Shown piece by piece: positions 13,900 to 24,879 of a stretch of DNA of 64,000 nucleotides. The stretch comes from Raillietiella orientalis (taxonomy: Eukaryota): assembly GCA_036172245.1 (NCBI GenBank), contig JAYWIR010000064.1, positions 186,001-250,000 of the forward strand. The letters are read 5' to 3'. The notes under the pieces are model-generated. The model saw nothing but the letters and a program-made list of their open reading frames with translations, was not told the origin of the DNA and searched no databases. Numbering within the stretch: the stretch's first letter is position 1; every line of letters starts with the position of its first letter. Made by a program: the position numbers and the translations under genes.

Positions 13900-15600
13900 C
13901 CGCGAAAAGAACTGCAGGTGCCCTACCGGTCAAGCAGAGCGCAGCTGCCCTCCCCGATTGGGGGAGCAAGCAAGCCACTCGCCTTCCATCGGGGAAGCCC
14001 CGCGCGCTCTCTCTCCCACCAAACTGATAGGGTTCTCATCCACGCGCACCTCCTCGCGCAGGGTAGCGACGGAAGCCTCGAAGGATGAGCGCCCTCCTCC
14101 GGAGAGCGAAGACAGAGAGGGCTAAAGAAAGTCTTGCTCCACTTGTCCCGTCGTAGATGACCCAAGGAACGGTCTTGGGAGCGGCCTCTGCCATCCCTGT
14201 AGGAAACGCTTTCAACAGCCTAGCGACGCAGCCCCAGGAAAGGCGTCCCGATCCTTGGGTTCTGGCTTGCGTACCAGTTCCATTGCCTTGATCCAGGAAT
14301 GCAGCCGCTGCTGCTTAGGCTGGATCGGAATCTCTCGTTCTCATCCCGTGGCAATTCCTTGGCAATTCACTGCCCTTAGGGTTGGGCAGTGGCATCACCC
14401 CTCACTAGGGAAAGCGGAAAGAGCAGCAAAACGGGAACGAGGATGGAAGACCCCAAGAGGCAAACCTCGAACGCGCTGGGAAACTGCATCCGAGATATTC
14501 CAGTACCAAGGAAGAACTACAGAATAAGATCAAGAAACAGGACACATCGATGGGGACATTCATAGGATCCATAGACGTGGAGGAGACATCGATGAAGAAG
14601 AGGGGCAGGCCTCGCCCTGGAGGCAACACTATGGTCAGCAAGAGGAAATACAAAGTTCTGCTGGATCAACGGATTGTCAGCTACTTTCAAACGGGAGAAG
14701 CTTCTAGAAGAATCCACCCCCTCTCACGGCGTGGGCCGGTCCCTAATAGGAAGCCCGAACCAGGCAGACAGTCGCCCGTTTGCAGCTACGGACCGCAGGA
14801 CGTTCACTGTCGCATGGAAACGCTCCTCAAATTTTCCTCTCTTTTGGTAGAAGAGGGAATTAGCTGACGTTACGCTTTCTCCACCGGCCGGTTAGTAGGT
14901 AGGGCGGTTTCTGCGAAACGGAATTGCCTTCCTGAACCTGACAAATCTGTGTGATTCCCTCCACTAAGCCCTTCCCTAATGCAGGAAGCAGGAGCTAGCA
15001 AGCCAGGAGTCTGCTCCCTCTTCACTGCGTCTCATCTCCGGGAGGGACGCGAGGAGGGGAGGAGGCGCCACGAGTCTTGCCGCAGGGGAAGCAGGCAGCC
15101 GCGAAAGTGGGAAGAGTCCATCATCGGAAGATTGAATCATGCGGGCCAGTGTCCTTTCCGGGCTTCGAAATTCTCAGGGGGACGCAACCGAGGAGGAAGG
15201 GACGTGAAAGTCGACCCCGAAGATGACTGAGGAGATGCGCCGCCGCGTTGGCGGAGGCTCCCGATCTGGGATATCCGGGAGCCTCCCGCTGCAGACGCCG
15301 AGCTCTCCGCCACGTTCGATGGAACATCACGGACGGGAGGAGGCGAAGGGAGCGTGCGAGACAGCAGTTCCCGCTCTTCTATATTCGCCATTCGCCAAAA
15401 GGAACACGCTTCTCTCCAGTGGAACAGACATGTCCAGGAACCGAGCAAGTCCTGCAGTAGCCACGAGGAGGCGGCCTTCAAGAGTCCAGTGAACCGGATC
15501 AGTCCAAGGAAAATCCAAGAGAAACAACGCAACCTTAACATGATGGAGCTAGGGATGTCCACTGTTTCGGGGTTCCCATCCCCAGTTGAATATTTGTAAA
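13900..15600 (+). mobile_element. Ty3/gypsy gag-protease-RT N-terminal remnant
   Basis: KYKVLLDQ (cf. protease VLLDSG) in ORF 14550..14867; KSPVNRISPRKIQEKQRNLNMMELGMSTVSGFPSP (cf. PYR.SP.E..E...Q...ML..G.I.PS.SP) in ORF 15354..15599; ends where the LINE remnant begins. Confidence 0.55.
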
Positions 15601-15649
15601 TCTCCCAAATACAATTTTTACAAATTTGTACAAATGCATATGGGAGAGC

Positions 15650-18250
15650 GATCGATCTGCAAGTCTCTCATAAGATGATGCGAACGTCTAGATCAAGAGG
15701 AGACTCGCTGGGCTCAAGAGAGTTCCTTCGGAGGGATAGGTTCCCTAGCCTCTTTCCCGTTTAAGGGCTGGAAAAGAGAGGCTGTCACAAAGCAGTGGAA
15801 GACATGGGAGATTCCCGATCTGCTGGTCATCTCCATCTCGGAGCAAAAACTTCCACCCAGGTAGTACCGTGATCTCCGGAAAGAGTGTTCTCCGAACCAC
15901 GAGTGCTGTTCTGGTTCGACGAACCAAAAAGGAAAGAGTGGAACCAAAAAGGAAGAGCAGCGCGTTGGGAAGGTCAAGAGATCCTCTCTTAGTAGATCCA
16001 TAAAAAGTGCCTGTGAATTCTTAGTGGGAACACCAGAAAGCACCTATATCGAAGCGAAACGTGCAAAACGGAAAGATCATTCTCCCGAAGTAGCTGCCAT
16101 CAGGATGAGTACTCCCAACCACTGTTGACGCACAAATAGGAATGATGGATGGATGGCAGCACGAGTTGAGACGTCGAATCTTTAATTCCTGAAGGGAAAG
16201 GGAGGCATACATTCTTGAAAAACGAAGAAGATACTTCTGGGTTCAGATGATTCAGATTCCTGCTACTCGAGATGATCATCACGTACAATTTTCTCAAGGA
16301 ATGAACGTCAGCAATGCTGTGGCAGGCTTAAGGTTCTCCTTCTCATCATAAGCCTTCTGCAAAGACAGCCCTTTCGAGGGATCTATCTCTCTGTCTAAGA
16401 TTCGCGATGAAGTGAGGGAAGCTGAGCACAGAACACTTTCTCTCGCAGCTTCTCTGAATCTGGAAGTAACCACGGATCCCCAAAACACAAACCACTAGGG
16501 GTGGTCTCTCTGTCACACCCCAGAAGGACATTACAGGGTCCCTCTTCAAGATAGCAGAGTTGTTAGAACCAGAAGAATGAGATGTGGAAAGCATACAGAT
16601 GTGGAAGATGCATGGGTTCCAGTCGGTCACAATGAATGCTGAGAGAGATTCCTAGACTGTTTCATCCTCTTCGATTATTTATGGAAGAAATGATGGCAAA
16701 AATATTCGGTGGATGAGAGGTTCCAGCCCAAGGTGCACCTGAACAGAGGTTCTAAAGATCCTTCAGAACTTCTTCATCCAGCCATTTCTGCATCTCCTTC
16801 AGAGAAGTGCTCGAGTGGGCAGAAGGTTTATTGAGGTTTCTCGGACGCAGAGGCCATCGTGAGGCAGGGAAGTGGGCTTTTATCACTAGAAGCTTAGCGA
16901 CTCTGCACTCGAGGAGCCCCAAGTTGCCTTCGGAAACTCTGAATTTCCTAAAGCCATTTTCTAGTTCTTCCTTAGAGCTCAGTCCGGACGAGCCACTCAA
17001 GTTGCGTACATCGGAACTTTCCCCCGCATCTCTGCCATCCTTCTAGCTGCCCATCGGCTTCGAAGTAGCTCCTCGCTCTTTCTAAGACCGACGGTGACTA
17101 GCCTCGTGCAAGTCTTCTCGACAAACTGGCAACTCTTTGTCCTCCTTGACAGCAGTTCCCTCCAAAGTTGCTGGGTTTTCGGAATGTGAGCGAAAAGGGT
17201 GAGGACGAGGGTTTCGGTAGCCTCCAATCCTTGAAACAGCGTATACCGTTATCGGTTCCTTGGGCATGCGTGAAAGGAAACAGCGTGAGACACATCACCC
17301 TTAGAGCAGGATCAATTACCAGCCAGTCCGAAGAACTCCTAGAAAGATGCTCAAGGACACTGGCATGGAAACGAGTAGCACGGTAAAGTGACACTCCCTG
17401 GGCAAATGTGCGAACTTTTGGTTCTTGGCTTCACACTGCGGTCAGCCTTCCTCGTCTTCGGTATGACGTAGAGAACCGCATCTAAAGAGCAGTTTCTTTG
17501 CTGCAGATGGAAAATCGTCCGAAGCGATGGATTTTCAGCCAGATTTGCAGGGATTTGGAATCACCGAGGTTCACCTCCTCCCATACTGGGATGATTGAAC
17601 CTATGCCATCAGACAAAGAAGAGAAATCCCTAAAAGCGAATTCTTCGCTCCCACATCCGGTCTCCGTTTCTGTCCGCGCACCGTCAATGAAACCAAAGAT
17701 GAGAGTCTTTAATCTCTTACAAACCAGCCTGTTCCGAACTGTTCTTCGGAAGCACGGAGCGCAGATGGATAATCTGCCTCTGCGAACAGAGACGTAAGCA
17801 AAAGAAGCAATCCATTCCGGTTGTAACTCCCGTGAATTCTGGTGAAATTCCGATTCATCAAGCAGACCATGAAGAGATTGATGTTCCCAAGGAGTGTCAA
17901 GCTGGATGCTGCGCAGCAAAATCCCTGTGCCCTACACAACACACGAGGCCATAAATGGAAAGCAAGCAGAAAATTTCATGGTCATTGCGGGCAAGATCTA
18001 AAGTGCATTTGCGGACGATCGATTACTGCAGCCTCCCTGTGAGTTGCAGAGCGCCAACAATTCATGCCGGGTTGTAAAATATTGCAAAGTTTTACGAAAT
18101 CATCTCAGAAAATTTCTGGGATCACTTGGAGACCTCTGCAAGGAAAGAATTTCGCAAAGTTTCTTCTGTCGCAAGGGACACAAGTTGTCATGCTTTTTTT
18201 GATGGTGGAACGGGTTTCAGAATACTGGAAATCTCATCCACAACCCTGAC
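15650..18250 (-). mobile_element. LINE (L1/Tx1-like) ORF2 remnant, the longest in the window
   Basis: Collinear ghosts: FFPCRGL (cf. SWNCRGL), GTGILL, SICAP (cf. NVYAP), HRFGRF (cf. SRLDRF), KLYVMIISS..LNPEVSSFFK (cf. YKI.A..L..RL...Q..F), FDIGAF (cf. D.EKAFD). Confidence 0.65.
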
Positions 18251-18599
18251 ACCAGGATTCACGTAGAATTCCGATCAGGGGAGGTCTAGCAGATGGAAGA
18301 ACTTGCATCTCTTACGAGATGCCATTTGGACCTGGCAGAGTAAGCAGAACTGTGGGATCCTCACTTGTTTCTCCTGTTACCCGACTCTTTTCCCTTGCAA
18401 TATCACATCTGCCAAGTCCAGTGTCCTCTGTGTGCTTGGAGTCTGAGGTTCACCTCATCTTTGGCCTTGCTCAGGTTCTGGCATCGCTATCTTTGGCATC
18501 ATCAAAACTTTTATGCATGATTCGAGGTCACTGAAACAAGAAAGCTTAAGAACGCATGATGAGCTGTGATAATTTCCGTTTGCCACTCAACCAGCGCAT

Positions 18600-19300
18600 G
18601 AGATGACCTCGGGGTGAGAAGCGAAGCCATCGAGGTTGAAGTGGTCAGGCCTAACTGCCTTGCAGAGCACGGAGTTTCCGTACATATTCCGGGGAGTTAA
18701 ACCTAATTATCTGGCGTGTTCCTGGACTCCTATTGGCCTGCTGGCATGCAGCCTATATCCATCTCTAATAGCGCGCTCTTCGACTGAAAGAAAACTGAAT
18801 TGTCGGTCCCCGTCCAAACTTCCTGACGTCTGCAGACTGAAGACTGACACTCTGTTGCCATGTTTTCAAACGAGGGTAGAAGTCCTGAACCGACGACGCA
18901 TATTCGTTGCTTCCCGGCGAGGCAGGGATTTGCAGACGGGTCCCATGGCGAGCCTCACCAAAGAAACGGTGATGGAGAGACTACTTTCTGGCTGGTGGTG
19001 GCTCCATCTCCTGCGAAATATTACAGCTTGAACATGAAGGCATCAAATGCTGCTGAGTTGTGTTCTTAAAGGCAAACAAATGGCTCCTTTGCAACTTTCA
19101 CATACGGAACCTCCTTCAGGTCCGAGAGAAAAATGCCGTTTCGTGGTACGAGGGAGAGAGCTGGGGCCAAACAGATTCGAGAAATCAACTCGCAGCTTCA
19201 AGTGAGCAAGGAGACCCCTTGAAGTCGTCAGATCGGCAGATTGATGCAACCACATGCAATGCGACAGTGCCGATTAACAAACACCATCTCTCCAGATTGA
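18600..19300 (+). mobile_element. hAT transposase remnant
   Basis: ALQSTEFPYIFRGVKPNYLACS (cf. VE...F..L...L.P.Y..PS), LNMKAS (cf. DNA.NM.AA), WLLCNFHIRNLL (cf. the hAT C.AH.LNL CxxH motif). Confidence 0.5.
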
Positions 19301-20099
19301 TGTATAATTGGATGTGTGTGCACGTAGGGATGCAATGAACCTATCTCGGCGACCGTACGCATCTACCGTGTGCTTGTGTTCTTCACTCCTTCAACTGCTG
19401 ACCCCTTCTGTGGAGCCACTGACGTCGGGAACGTAGTGCAGGCAGCTAAAGATATACCGACGGTTTCAGAGTTGATACTAACCGAATAAAAACGGATATC
19501 ATCCTAGCAGCTGACCTTCATCAGCATGACTATTTGTTTCATTTGCGGCCGGACCGTCGCTTTCTGCTCGCTCTTATCAGGTGATGGTTGCGGATGAAGG
19601 AAGACATCTGACATGCATGATTAGGGGTGACAAGTGGTTCCTAATGATGTACGCCGCGCTTCATTCGAGTGGTGGAGTGTGTGCGCTCGCTGTGTCCACG
19701 CATGGTGTGGTACTCCGGTGTGGTATCCACGCATCCCCCAAAGAGTGAATTCTTGAATGGGAGCGCCCGAAAATTTGAAATCGAAATGATGTCCAGGTTC
19801 GGTTTCCGGGCCTCCGGTCCCAAAAACTCGTTTTGAATTCTCCGTCCTCTTTGCTTTTCACGCGGCCTTTTCAAGTTCCGTTCAGTACCTGCGTACAATT
19901 CCCATCCACTTTTATTCCCAGATTCCTAGATTCTCCGTTATTCTGTCATTTCATCTCCCTAGATGCATTCTTCCCTCCTTAAAAGCTACAGAGAACACTC
20001 TCTTATCCTGTAAATGGTTTGATTCGATCGTCTTCCACATTCCGACTCTTACAAGCACTTATGCGCCTGCTTTCACGGTGACCGAGTCGAGTCGGCTAG

Positions 20100-21900
20100 C
20101 CTTCTTCAGAGGAAGAGAGATCGCCTGTAATTCAGCCAAGAAGGCCCGAACGAGTCCTTCATTTCCTCCCGAGGATCTCGAAGAAATGCTACCTCGGTTC
20201 TAGAAGCAGCACCCGGAAACTTATTCTCCTCTCCACCGATTTCTGCTTCCTGGATTCGATCCTTCTGCAAAATTATCTGAACAGTTACCTCAGCCTTAAC
20301 CACAGCATCATGATGTCGGTGTGGATAAAGTCGGCATCGTCCTGTCGTTTGCCAGATTTGTGGCGTCCACGTTCTCACCATGTTCTGATCAGCATGCGTA
20401 CGCCTCGTCTTGAGCGCCATCATTGCGAAAATTGCCCAGCGGGTATAGGGCTCGGACGAAAAGTCACCTCTCCTCGCCGAAGCACTGCTACGATCAATTC
20501 TTGTATTTGTTCCCATCCCGTTCCTAAAGATACTGGGGTTATCTCGTTTGGTGGGCCTGGTGATGACCTGCCGCATTCAACTGCTTCACCTTCTCCTTAG
20601 TAAGGCGCTCGCTTTCTCTGGAAAACGCACGTTCCGTCGGGATCCTCATTACTCGCGAAACTGGTCTTATCGCTCTGCATTCGTGGAAGATGCTGGATTT
20701 TCTGTCGTGGAACCCGTCCCTTTAACAAAACGGGCATGTTTGGTCGCATTAAATCTTGCAAGGGACCTTCCCAATGAGCGCCTCCTCCGCCGGAAAGGGA
20801 GTTTCGAAAGAGGTCCGAGGAGGAAGCGAACGTTTGGGCAATTTTTCCGAATCTCCGCAGCGATGTTCGGAAACCCTAGATTTTACGACAGTAATTCGGA
20901 ATAAAGAACTCTTTGCTCGGGGTTGTTGTTCTTCCTGAAGGGACAGATAATCCAAAGTAAGCACAAGCATGTGCAGCCGAAGTATGGTCGCATTTGCAGG
21001 AAAAGAATTGTACACCTCCTTCAGCCCGATAGTGGGCTGCTGACATCTTTTATGGTTTCCGGCCGACGTGAATTGCGTACCTTAAGCTCCGTAATCATTC
21101 AGTAAGCAATCAGAACCGTAGGGGAAGCTTTTAAAATAGAGATGAGCTTGGAAAGACTGGTTTAAAATCAAGGCGGGAGGTTTCACCCCACTGAGACGGA
21201 TGGAATTCCCTTCCTCAGTCAGGGTCCTCTCCGGAAAAGCGAACAGTAAAACCTGGTGGTTGGAACCGTGGACGCAGGTGGTTCGTATTCGGAGCTGGCT
21301 CCAGTCCGGGAACACTTCTCTGTCAAAGATCGGCATGCATCCGTCAGAGATCTGTCAGTCTTCGTCACCTGAATGGGGGAGGAGCGAGCGTGAATTCTTG
21401 AGTGGATGGTTTGCATGCCCAGTGCGAAAACAAATGCACCACAACTTTCTCAACCGTGCAAGATGTAGGAAAGTAATGGAAGACATGGGAAACCAACCTC
21501 CTCGCCTCGTAACCATTCCTCGGAGAATGCAAACATCTCTCCACAGGGAAACATCCCTGACAATGTTTGCATTCTCTGCGGGAAAGGCAGGGTTTCCTCG
21601 ACGCACGAAGAGCACCAAGTGATGATTGAAGAGTAATGAATATCTCCGGAGTAACTGTCTTTGACTGGTCTCAGATTTACGCTCCGTGTTTCCAGCTCCA
21701 GATTTAATCTTCCGGGGTCAGAATTCTTCGAGTAAGCTCTTCCAGTCAAAGTACCTGGCCTTCTCTGCATGGGAGAGGTCGGGACACTTGCAGTTCACCC
21801 TCAAGATGCAACAAATCCTTCTGTCCAAACTGCAAGTGACTGATTCGTCACGAATAACGCATTCCAAAGTCTCGAAGCGGTTCAGAATTCAAGGCAGTTC
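20100..21900 (-). mobile_element. LINE (L1/Tx1-like) ORF1 zinc knuckle + ORF2 endonuclease remnant
   Basis: ORF1-like WCICFRTGHANH (CCHC knuckle ghost, ~21410-21445); endonuclease LDYLSLQE, ARFNA (cf. GDFNA), TNTRIDR (cf. SRIDR). Confidence 0.65.
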
Positions 21901-22371
21901 AAGCATTCTGCTCTTGGACCTTTACCCTGGAGAGTTTGCTGCTGCTGTTCCTTGAAGAGGTCCGAGCCACAGGATGCTCCCACTTCGACTAAAGCGGCAT
22001 GCTGCTTAAGAAACAGGGTTGCCTCGAAATGCACGTAGCGTTATTTTTTATCCCTCAAAATATTGAATTGCTCGCTTCGATCCTCGTGCGGAAGGAGATC
22101 AAAAAATTGAAGCAAATAAACGCGAGTTGATGAAAAATTGAATGCCTCCCCCCCCCTTCCCCTCCCCTTTTCCGCTCTCAGCTACAGTTCTCCGGGAACT
22201 CGAAAACCGTAGGGGGGCATCGCAGCGGCTGGAAAACGGCCGCCACTTGGGGCTCGCAAAACTGTTTCGCGGAACCCGAAGCATCAATTCGCGGTTTCTC
22301 CGGATACTGCTGGGCAGCGAACGCGGATGCGAGCTCGTCCTGTAGATGTGCATCCCGGATCCTGGAAACAC

Positions 22372-22512
22372 CCCAGCGTCATCTCTCGGGGAGATTGAAA
22401 AGCCCACACACAGCGTGTCCGCCTCGGCGGCGATCCTCAATCAAGAGACGGAAGTGATTCGAAACCCGTAGCGATCGGCCAGGGACGCTGTGGCCACACC
22501 GCCGCGGGGCCG
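22372..22512 (-). mobile_element. tRNA-derived SINE-like family, head-only copy
   Basis: Reverse complement has B-box GGGTTTCGAATC (22456-22467) and GTGGG..TCCCCGAGAGATGACGCTGG, matching GTGGG..TCCCGTGAGATGACGCTGG of the copy at 24971. Confidence 0.6.
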
Positions 22513-23379
22513 TCCACCGAGGACCATGGTGCGCGTCACGGCACACGGAAGGCCAGCAGACACGGGCGTTTTGCGTGCGCACATTTTCCCCCAGTCATTT
22601 CCTGGTCCAAACTTTCAACGTATAGCCGGAACCGCAGAAGAATGTGGGACACGCGTGCGTTACGAGGGAAGATCTGTACCGTGTTCGTTCAGGACGGCAA
22701 CAGCAAAGGAACCCGGCATGTGAAGAAGAGGTGTTCCCAGTCTCCAAGGTTTCTTCCTTGAGCTTTCCAAGCACAGATCTGAGGAGCAGAAAATAAACAG
22801 CTTACGTGGCGAGGCGCAGAGATGAAAAATAATCCGATGGTCAGATGCCGTTGCCATGTGAACACCAGACCAGGTTTTCGTGGCGCATGATGAATTTGTG
22901 CAGCAACTGGCATTACTCTGATTCCCCAGCAAACAACACCGCAATATTCTGATGCTTGCCGAAGAAGCACTTTTTTCCTCTCTCTTTCTCTCTCCTCTCA
23001 GTGGAGCAACTTAAAGTCTCTGATTAGGGAGAACGAATGTTCGTAAATAAATGAGGGAGGTCCAGTCAATTTCCCTACGATCATTTTTATGCCTCCGACT
23101 CTTTGAAGTTGCCCTCCCACTCCCCCCTAAACAACGAAAGCTCACTGCAGGGACAAAGATAAGATGAGGGCTGTTTGCGATATAAAAAGTGTCCTAATCT
23201 CTGTCACAAGATATTTGCAAAGTCAGATGAGCTCCAGAGGTTTCTCGGAGGTTTCGAATGACCCGCTTGATTATCACCTCTGAATATTAACCATCGCGCC
23301 ACAGCACCCTCGCGACAAACTGAAGCTGCGAATTGAGAGATAAAACTGCAAACGTCAAACCTCCACACAACGAGTGGCA

Positions 23380-23720
23380 TCCGAGAAATGGAGGATGCTG
23401 CAGTAACCGAAGAAGTTTCGTGCGATCGCATTTCGCATCCGATGGAATTTTTTTCTTCTTCTCCTTCGTGCTTGATTTTTGCATCCCGAAATTTTCCTGA
23501 AAGGAAGCGTCAGTTCACAAAGATCGATCCGCGCACGACGTGGCTCATCTCGCGGACGGGCGAATTCGGACCACGCCATTGCTGCAGTCCCGATCGGGGG
23601 CCATCCGATCCACAGGAAAAAGAAGAGCAGATTCTGCATCCGGTTGCTCAGTGAAGTGCAGCACTTCCAAAATTCAATGCACGGTATCGAATCGGTGTGG
23701 CCTGGTGCGGTTGATCCAAC
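23380..23720 (+). mobile_element. Ty3/gypsy RNase H remnant
   Basis: LIFASRNFPERKRQFTKID (cf. PIAFASR.L..AE.NY...E). Confidence 0.4.
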
Positions 23721-23849
23721 TCGCCATCTGTGAGAGCCCATGATGCTGTTGCTACGAGAGCAAGAGAGTGCCGTACGTTGGCGCCCCGTACGTTCCGCGT
23801 TATACGAGCCCTGTGGTTTACAAATGGATGGTGCGATCGTGCTTTCCCG

Positions 23850-24350
23850 AAAAACAGAAAATATGTGTTCAAAGTTCGAACACTTGGATATCTGTGCTCC
23901 AATGTAAAGGACTCCACAGTTCCATTTTTATCCTTCTCGCTGCTGAATCTTCTTGCGCCACTCCATCCATGAAAATTGCAGCTGTGGAGAGACTTCTTGC
24001 TGCCACTTTCTAACTCTTGTGTGATTCCAAAATGTAGAGCCATGCAGACCCACGGTTCCTTCTTACGTTCGACAAAGTCCCCTATCGGAGGGTCACTCTT
24101 TGTGAAACGATTATCTAAGCTTTCTGGACGGTTCTGATCCTTCCATCGAAATCAGTGCCTAGCGTTCTCCATCCTTACGTGCAATGTGTGAAACAGGGTC
24201 GTCTGCCAGGTGCACCAAGTGTCCCTCTAAATCGCAGTTCGGGCCATCAACCACTGTTCATCGTTCACGAATATCCTCCTTGTCCACGTTTGCAAATCCC
24301 TCTCCGCGCAAAGATGGGGCAGCACTTGCACGATTTACCTCGACCGCCGC
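23850..24350 (-). mobile_element. LINE RT core remnant
   Basis: LVHLADD (cf. YADD, ~24198-24218), LDNRFTKS (cf. GL.IN..KS), LHFGI (cf. YLG). Confidence 0.45.
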
Positions 24351-24679
24351 CGCCGAAGTGGAACGATGCTCTTCCCATACGTCTGGCTAATTCCCTTCCC
24401 CCCTTCCCCCCCTTTCCGCCCTCCTCCCCAGCAGTCATTCAGGTTCAAAAGTTTCAATTCCCTTAGAAGCAAGAAACAGTTTTGCGTGCAATTTAAAATC
24501 GAAAGGTCCTCCCGTAGCTTCGCAAGCGTTTTGTTTCGATTGCAAGCAGTTTTTTCTCTCTAGGATGAGCCCACAATAAGATTCAAAACGCTTTCACGGT
24601 ATGTTTATATGGCCACGTTTTCATATTCTTTTTAAAACAGCTGAACTCACTCTTCTCCATAAAACGTGGAAAGGTATCC

Positions 24680-24805
24680 ACAGCGTTATACAAGGCTGGC
24701 TTACCGCGTTATACGAGAGTTGTCTCCATCAGTCTTCCGAGTTATTCGAGGGCTGTCTTCATTCCCCTCCCTCCTCCTCCTCGTTACGACGGAGGCCTAC
24801 AGTAC
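24680..24805. mobile_element. pogo/Tigger-type terminal fragment (MITE remnant)
   Basis: Repeated (C)GCGTTATAC(G)A(G) motifs and an end reading CTCGTTACGACGGAGGCCTACAGTA; same motif at ~23795 and 45488. Confidence 0.4.
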
Positions 24806-24879
24806 TTCGTTTCTATTAGATACCATTATCAGATGGTATTTTCCAGAAATGGGCATTTTTCTAGCGGTATTCTTCAGGG

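Noticed and set aside
1734..22023. hAT-like TIR starts CAGGGTTTTTCCAAAC (1734) and CAGGGTTGCC (22014)
   Set aside because: I found no partner inverted end or 8-bp TSD for either.
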